From contig JACRFK010000009.1 of the NCBI GenBank assembly GCA_016217925.1, forward strand, positions 33,191 through 97,190: a stretch of DNA of 64,000 nt. The letters are read 5' to 3'. Each line of letters starts with the position of its first letter. Position 1 is the stretch's first letter. This stretch comes from Candidatus Kaiserbacteria bacterium (GTDB taxonomy: Bacteria > Patescibacteriota > Minisyncoccia > Phycocordibacterales > UBA2100). This document shows positions 60,423 to 64,000 of the stretch, piece after piece. Under the pieces are notes generated by a model that saw nothing but the letters and a program-made list of their open reading frames with translations, searched no databases and had not been told where the DNA came from. A program made the position numbers and the translations under genes.

Positions 60423-61442
60423 TCAAGTTCTCCCAAGACTCTTCAAAACCTTTAAGTAGAGGCTTTCGACTATTTTCTGCTGGGCGCGGCCGGATTTGAC
60501 GTAGTGGTCGAGCCCGGGCGCAGCGTTCACTTCGAGCACCCAGTATTTCTTTGGCTTCTCGCGGATGTCGCCATGCACCATGAGGTCTACGCCGCAAAGT
60601 CGGAGACCCATGTCGCGGGTGAGCTTGACCGCGAGCTTCTTGAATTCTGGATGAATAGGCTTGGTCACGTCTACCGCATCGCCTCCGCTCGAGAGGTTGG
60701 CATTGTCGAGAAGAAAGACCTGTTTACCGCGTTCAGGCACGGAGCGGAGTGCAAGCTGCTGGATACCGAGCTTATGCGCGATGCGGATGTCGTCGAGCCG
60801 AATGCGCGTGTCGCGGCTTGATGCGACGAACCCTTTTTGTTTTTTCTTGAGGAGCGTCTTAATACTTGAGCGACCGTCGCCCACGACGGAGAGCGGAATG
60901 CGCTCGTACGCCGAGATGACTGTGTTGTCCAGGACCACGATGCGATAATCGCGCCCGCGCACCACGCGTTGGACCAAAGCGATGCGGTCGTTCCTGAATA
61001 CGAATCGCATAGCGCGGTAGAATTCGCGTTTGCCACGCACCACAAAAACGCCGCTCCCATGGCTTCCCGAATTGGGCTTCACGACGACGGGGAAGCGGAG
61101 CCTGCGCGCATAGCGGTACCCCGCGTCAATGTCGCGCCGCACGCCGAGCCCACGTGCGAAATCTTTGCGAAAAAATGTTTTTCCCTCGATGGTGGGGTAG
61201 CCCATGTGCGTCATGAAGAACGCTGCGTAGTCTTTGTCTTTGGCGATGTCGGAGGCGCCGACGGGATTCAAGTCGAGTGTGTTGTAGCGGAAATAACGTT
61301 TCTTCCCGTCTTTGAATAGTATCTGCCCGGCGATTTTCCACTCCGGCTCAAGCACAACCTGTGCGCCGAGCTTCTTACCGAGCTTTTGCAGCATCCCGGC
61401 GAGGACGAGATGTTCGGATTTCTTCTTCATCTGCGCTATCAT
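60423..61442 (-). CDS. ATP-grasp domain protein (cyanophycin-synthetase/RimK-like ligase)
   Basis: ATP-grasp features: VVVKPNSGSHGSGVFVV, DYRIVVLDNTVISAYERIP, LLDNANLSSGGDAVDVT (cf. CphA NLSTGG), VLEVNAAPGL. The track ORF starts at a TTG (61511). ATG at 61442 used here, but the start is uncertain. Confidence 0.6.
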   Translation of the reverse strand: MIAQMKKKSEHLVLAGMLQKLGKKLGAQVVLEPEWKIAGQILFKDGKKRYFRYNTLDLNPVGASDIAKDKDYAAFFMTHMGYPTIEGKTFFRKDFARGLGVRRDIDAGYRYARRLRFPVVVKPNSGSHGSGVFVVRGKREFYRAMRFVFRNDRIALVQRVVRGRDYRIVVLDNTVISAYERIPLSVVGDGRSSIKTLLKKKQKGFVASSRDTRIRLDDIRIAHKLGIQQLALRSVPERGKQVFLLDNANLSSGGDAVDVTKPIHPEFKKLAVKLTRDMGLRLCGVDLMVHGDIREKPKKYWVLEVNAAPGLDHYVKSGRAQQKIVESLYLKVLKSLGRT

Positions 61443-61553
61443 GGCACAATGGTTGGCGACATGCATCCCCCAAGGGGACTGCGATTTGCTGCGTCTCTTC
61501 GAGACGTGCAAATCGGGAGCTTGACATTTTGCGCGAAGGTAGTATCATAGACC

Positions 61554-64000
61554 ATGGCAAATCGAATCGCAGTCTCCTCAAAAGTCCAAGATGCCCGTGC
61601 GGAAAGTCTTCTTCGCAATCTCAAAGCCCTGTTTCCTCAAAGCGCCTTAGAAGGCGCTTCTTACGTTCATGCCTACACTATAGACACGGAATTAGAGGCG
61701 AAGGAGTTGCAAAGCGTCGCCCTGCGCCTCACGCATCCTGTCGCGGAAACGTATTCCACAGATACAGTTCCGGCGCCGGGCGATTACGCGTATGTGATCG
61801 AAGTAGGATATCTTCCCGGCGTCACCGACAACGTCGGGCATACGGCGCGTCAAACGATAGAGGATTGCCTCGGTAGAAATCTCGGGGACGGGGGAGTGTA
61901 CTCTTCGTATTTTCTTTTTCTTTCGGGTGCTATTTCAGAAGAAGAAGCGCACAAGATGGCGCGGGAATTACACAACCCACTGATTGAACGCGCCACCGTA
62001 TACGCAAGGGGCGCTGAATTCAAGGTTGTCGTCCCGCGAGTCGAATTGCATGAACACACGACGACCGATGAAGTAAGCTTGGATGTCGACGACGTGGAGC
62101 TCACCCGCATCGGGAAGGAGGGCGTCAGGAACGCCGACGGTACCCGACGCGGACCACTCTCGCTCTCACTGAAGCAGCTCAAAGTGATACGCGACTACTT
62201 TTCCTCCGGAGGAGGATCCGCCTCCGGCGGACAAAAGCAAAAAAGGAACCCGACGGATATCGAATTGGAGTCGCTCGCACAGGCGTGGTCCGAGCACTGC
62301 AAGCACACAATATTCGCCGACCCGCTCGACGAGGTGAAGGAGGGTATCTATCGCCGCTACATCAAGGGGGCGACGGAGAAAATACGAAAGGCAAAGGGCA
62401 AGAAAGATTTTTGCGTCTCGGTCTTCAAGGATAATTCCGGAGCCATCGCCTTTGACGACAAATATCTCATCACGCACAAAGTGGAGACCCACAATTCTCC
62501 CTCAGGCCTCGACCCCTTCGGCGGCTCGGTGACGGCTATCGTCGGCGTCAATCGCGATTGTCTCGGATTCGGGCTCGGCGCGAAGCCCATTGCGAATGTC
62601 TACGGCTTCTGCGTTGCCGACCCCAACGATACGACCGAGCTTTTCCGCGACGCCAAAAAGACTCAGCCGCTTTTGCCCGCGCGCCGCATCCTCGAAGGTG
62701 TCGTTCATGGCGTGAACGCAGGCGGCAACCAAAGCGGCATTCCGACCCCGCTCGGATTCATTGCCGTCGACGCTTCGTACCGCGGCAAGCCTCTCGTCTT
62801 CGGCGGAACTGTCGGGCTCATACCAAGAAAAAATAAGGGCCGCAAACTGTACGAGAAAAAAGCAAAGGCGGGCGATTACATTGTGATGCTCGGCGGTCGG
62901 GTAGGGCTCGACGGTATCCACGGCGCGACCTTCTCTTCCGAATCGCTTTCAGGCGGTTCTCCCGCGACGGCAGTGCAAATAGGTGACCCTATTACGCAGA
63001 AGAAACTTTCGGACATGCTCATACGCGAAGCACGCGACAAGGGACTCTATTCGAGCATCACCGACGACGGCGCAGGCGGGCTCTCCGGCTCGGTGGGCGA
63101 GATGGCGCGCGAGAGCGGCGGTGCGCTCGTCGACCTCGAAAAAGTCCCACTCAAATATCCGGGGCTCGCACCGTGGCAGATATGGCTCTCAGAATCGCAA
63201 GAACGCATGACGCTTGCGGTGCCCAAGGCGAAGTGGGCGGCCTTCAAAAAGATATGCGACAGGCACGACGTCGAGGTTACCCGCATCGGGGAATTTACCA
63301 AATCCAGACGCTGCGTCATCCGCCACAACGGAAATGTCATCTCGGACATCCCGCTCAATTTCTTGCACGACGGACGGCCTATTGAGGTCCAAATGTCGAA
63401 AAAACCGGAGGTGAGTCGCGAGGACCAAACTCCGGCGAAGCTACCGCTCAAAGAAGCGGTGCTCGCCATGCTCTCGGGGCCGAACGTCGGCTCGATATCG
63501 TTCGTCTCGCAACAGTATGACCACGAAGTGCAGGGGAGCTCGGTCACGAAGCCTCTACAGGGCAGGGGCAGAGTAAATGCCGATGCGGGGGTGATACAGC
63601 CTCTCTCTGATTCACCAAGAGGCGTCGTCCTCTCGCACGGATACGCGCCGTGGTATTCCGCACTCGATACCTACGCCATGGCGGCCGCCTCTATTGATAC
63701 GGCCGTCCGCAACGCTATCGCGGCAGGAGCCTCGCGCGACTACCTCGCCATCCTCGACAATTTCTGCTGGTCATCTTCCGAAAAGCCTGAGCGCTTGTAC
63801 GAGCTGAAGCAGGCGGGCAAGGCCTGCTACGACATCGCGACCGCCTACGGTACGCCGTTTATTTCGGGCAAAGATTCGATGTACAACGACTTCCGTGGGT
63901 TCACAGCTGATGGAAAACCGACCCACATCGCCGCACTTCCGACGCTTCTCGTCTCCGCTATCGGCGTCATTCCCGATGTGGCGAAAGCGATGACGGTTGA
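61554..64000 (+). CDS. purL: Phosphoribosylformylglycinamidine synthase subunit PurL (FGAM synthase II), 3' partial, with ~200-aa N-terminal extension
   Basis: Frame open from the ATG at 61554 to the window end. Hallmark SEHCKHTIF. GSVGEMA and DNFCW motifs. Not reported as one ORF in the track because no stop is reached. Confidence 0.8.
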   Translation, partial: MANRIAVSSKVQDARAESLLRNLKALFPQSALEGASYVHAYTIDTELEAKELQSVALRLTHPVAETYSTDTVPAPGDYAYVIEVGYLPGVTDNVGHTARQTIEDCLGRNLGDGGVYSSYFLFLSGAISEEEAHKMARELHNPLIERATVYARGAEFKVVVPRVELHEHTTTDEVSLDVDDVELTRIGKEGVRNADGTRRGPLSLSLKQLKVIRDYFSSGGGSASGGQKQKRNPTDIELESLAQAWSEHCKHTIFADPLDEVKEGIYRRYIKGATEKIRKAKGKKDFCVSVFKDNSGAIAFDDKYLITHKVETHNSPSGLDPFGGSVTAIVGVNRDCLGFGLGAKPIANVYGFCVADPNDTTELFRDAKKTQPLLPARRILEGVVHGVNAGGNQSGIPTPLGFIAVDASYRGKPLVFGGTVGLIPRKNKGRKLYEKKAKAGDYIVMLGGRVGLDGIHGATFSSESLSGGSPATAVQIGDPITQKKLSDMLIREARDKGLYSSITDDGAGGLSGSVGEMARESGGALVDLEKVPLKYPGLAPWQIWLSESQERMTLAVPKAKWAAFKKICDRHDVEVTRIGEFTKSRRCVIRHNGNVISDIPLNFLHDGRPIEVQMSKKPEVSREDQTPAKLPLKEAVLAMLSGPNVGSISFVSQQYDHEVQGSSVTKPLQGRGRVNADAGVIQPLSDSPRGVVLSHGYAPWYSALDTYAMAAASIDTAVRNAIAAGASRDYLAILDNFCWSSSEKPERLYELKQAGKACYDIATAYGTPFISGKDSMYNDFRGFTADGKPTHIAALPTLLVSAIGVIPDVAKAMTV

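Overview
High-GC (~58-60%) bacterial window with small tightly packed genes, scattered tRNAs, a four-helix-bundle gene and many secreted hypothetical proteins; the overall picture fits a small-genome CPR/Patescibacteria-like bacterium, but that is inference only. Housekeeping content: LemA-HtpX pair, class II ribonucleotide reductase (ATP-cone), RNase P RNA, MurJ, LepA, FtsB-like, HisS, four tRNAs (Ser-GGA, Gly-CCC, Arg-CCT, Phe-GAA), a thioredoxin-like/DsbB pair, a sugar-utilisation cluster (GH1, clan GH-A hydrolase, HAD, cupin-type PGI, ROK kinase), a complete thymidylate cluster (glyA-tmk-dCMP deaminase-thyA-dcd-[IS]-folA) and the 5' part of purL. Accessory content: (i) an ~18.7 kb plus-strand locus (26109-44830) of secreted/cell-surface proteins, including two tandem paralogous giants with thrombospondin-type-3-like Ca-binding repeats and C-terminal peptidoglycan-binding domains, an RTX-like beta-roll protein, a 1225-aa HYR/DUF11-like protein, small Gly/Asn-rich secreted proteins sharing a TG(N/D)A..V.N.VNTN repeat, subtilisin, a CAP-domain protein and a collagen-like protein; (ii) a 26-nt REP-like repeat (aaaagcacataggtcggttctcgggg, 7 copies) associated with a RAYT-like HuH Y1 transposase; (iii) a second IS200-like Y1 transposase flanked by perfect 19-nt palindromes, inserted in the thymidylate cluster; (iv) a minus-strand four-gene cluster encoding a GTP_CH_N+RibA-like GTP cyclohydrolase, a TrpF/PRAI-like isomerase and a second RibA-like enzyme, which is a candidate pathway to an unknown GTP-derived metabolite; (v) a ThyA-family enzyme with PCP instead of PCH and Asp at the Asn177 specificity position. 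Many long ORFs in the six-frame track are antisense or frame-shadow artefacts of GC-rich coding sequence and were rejected.
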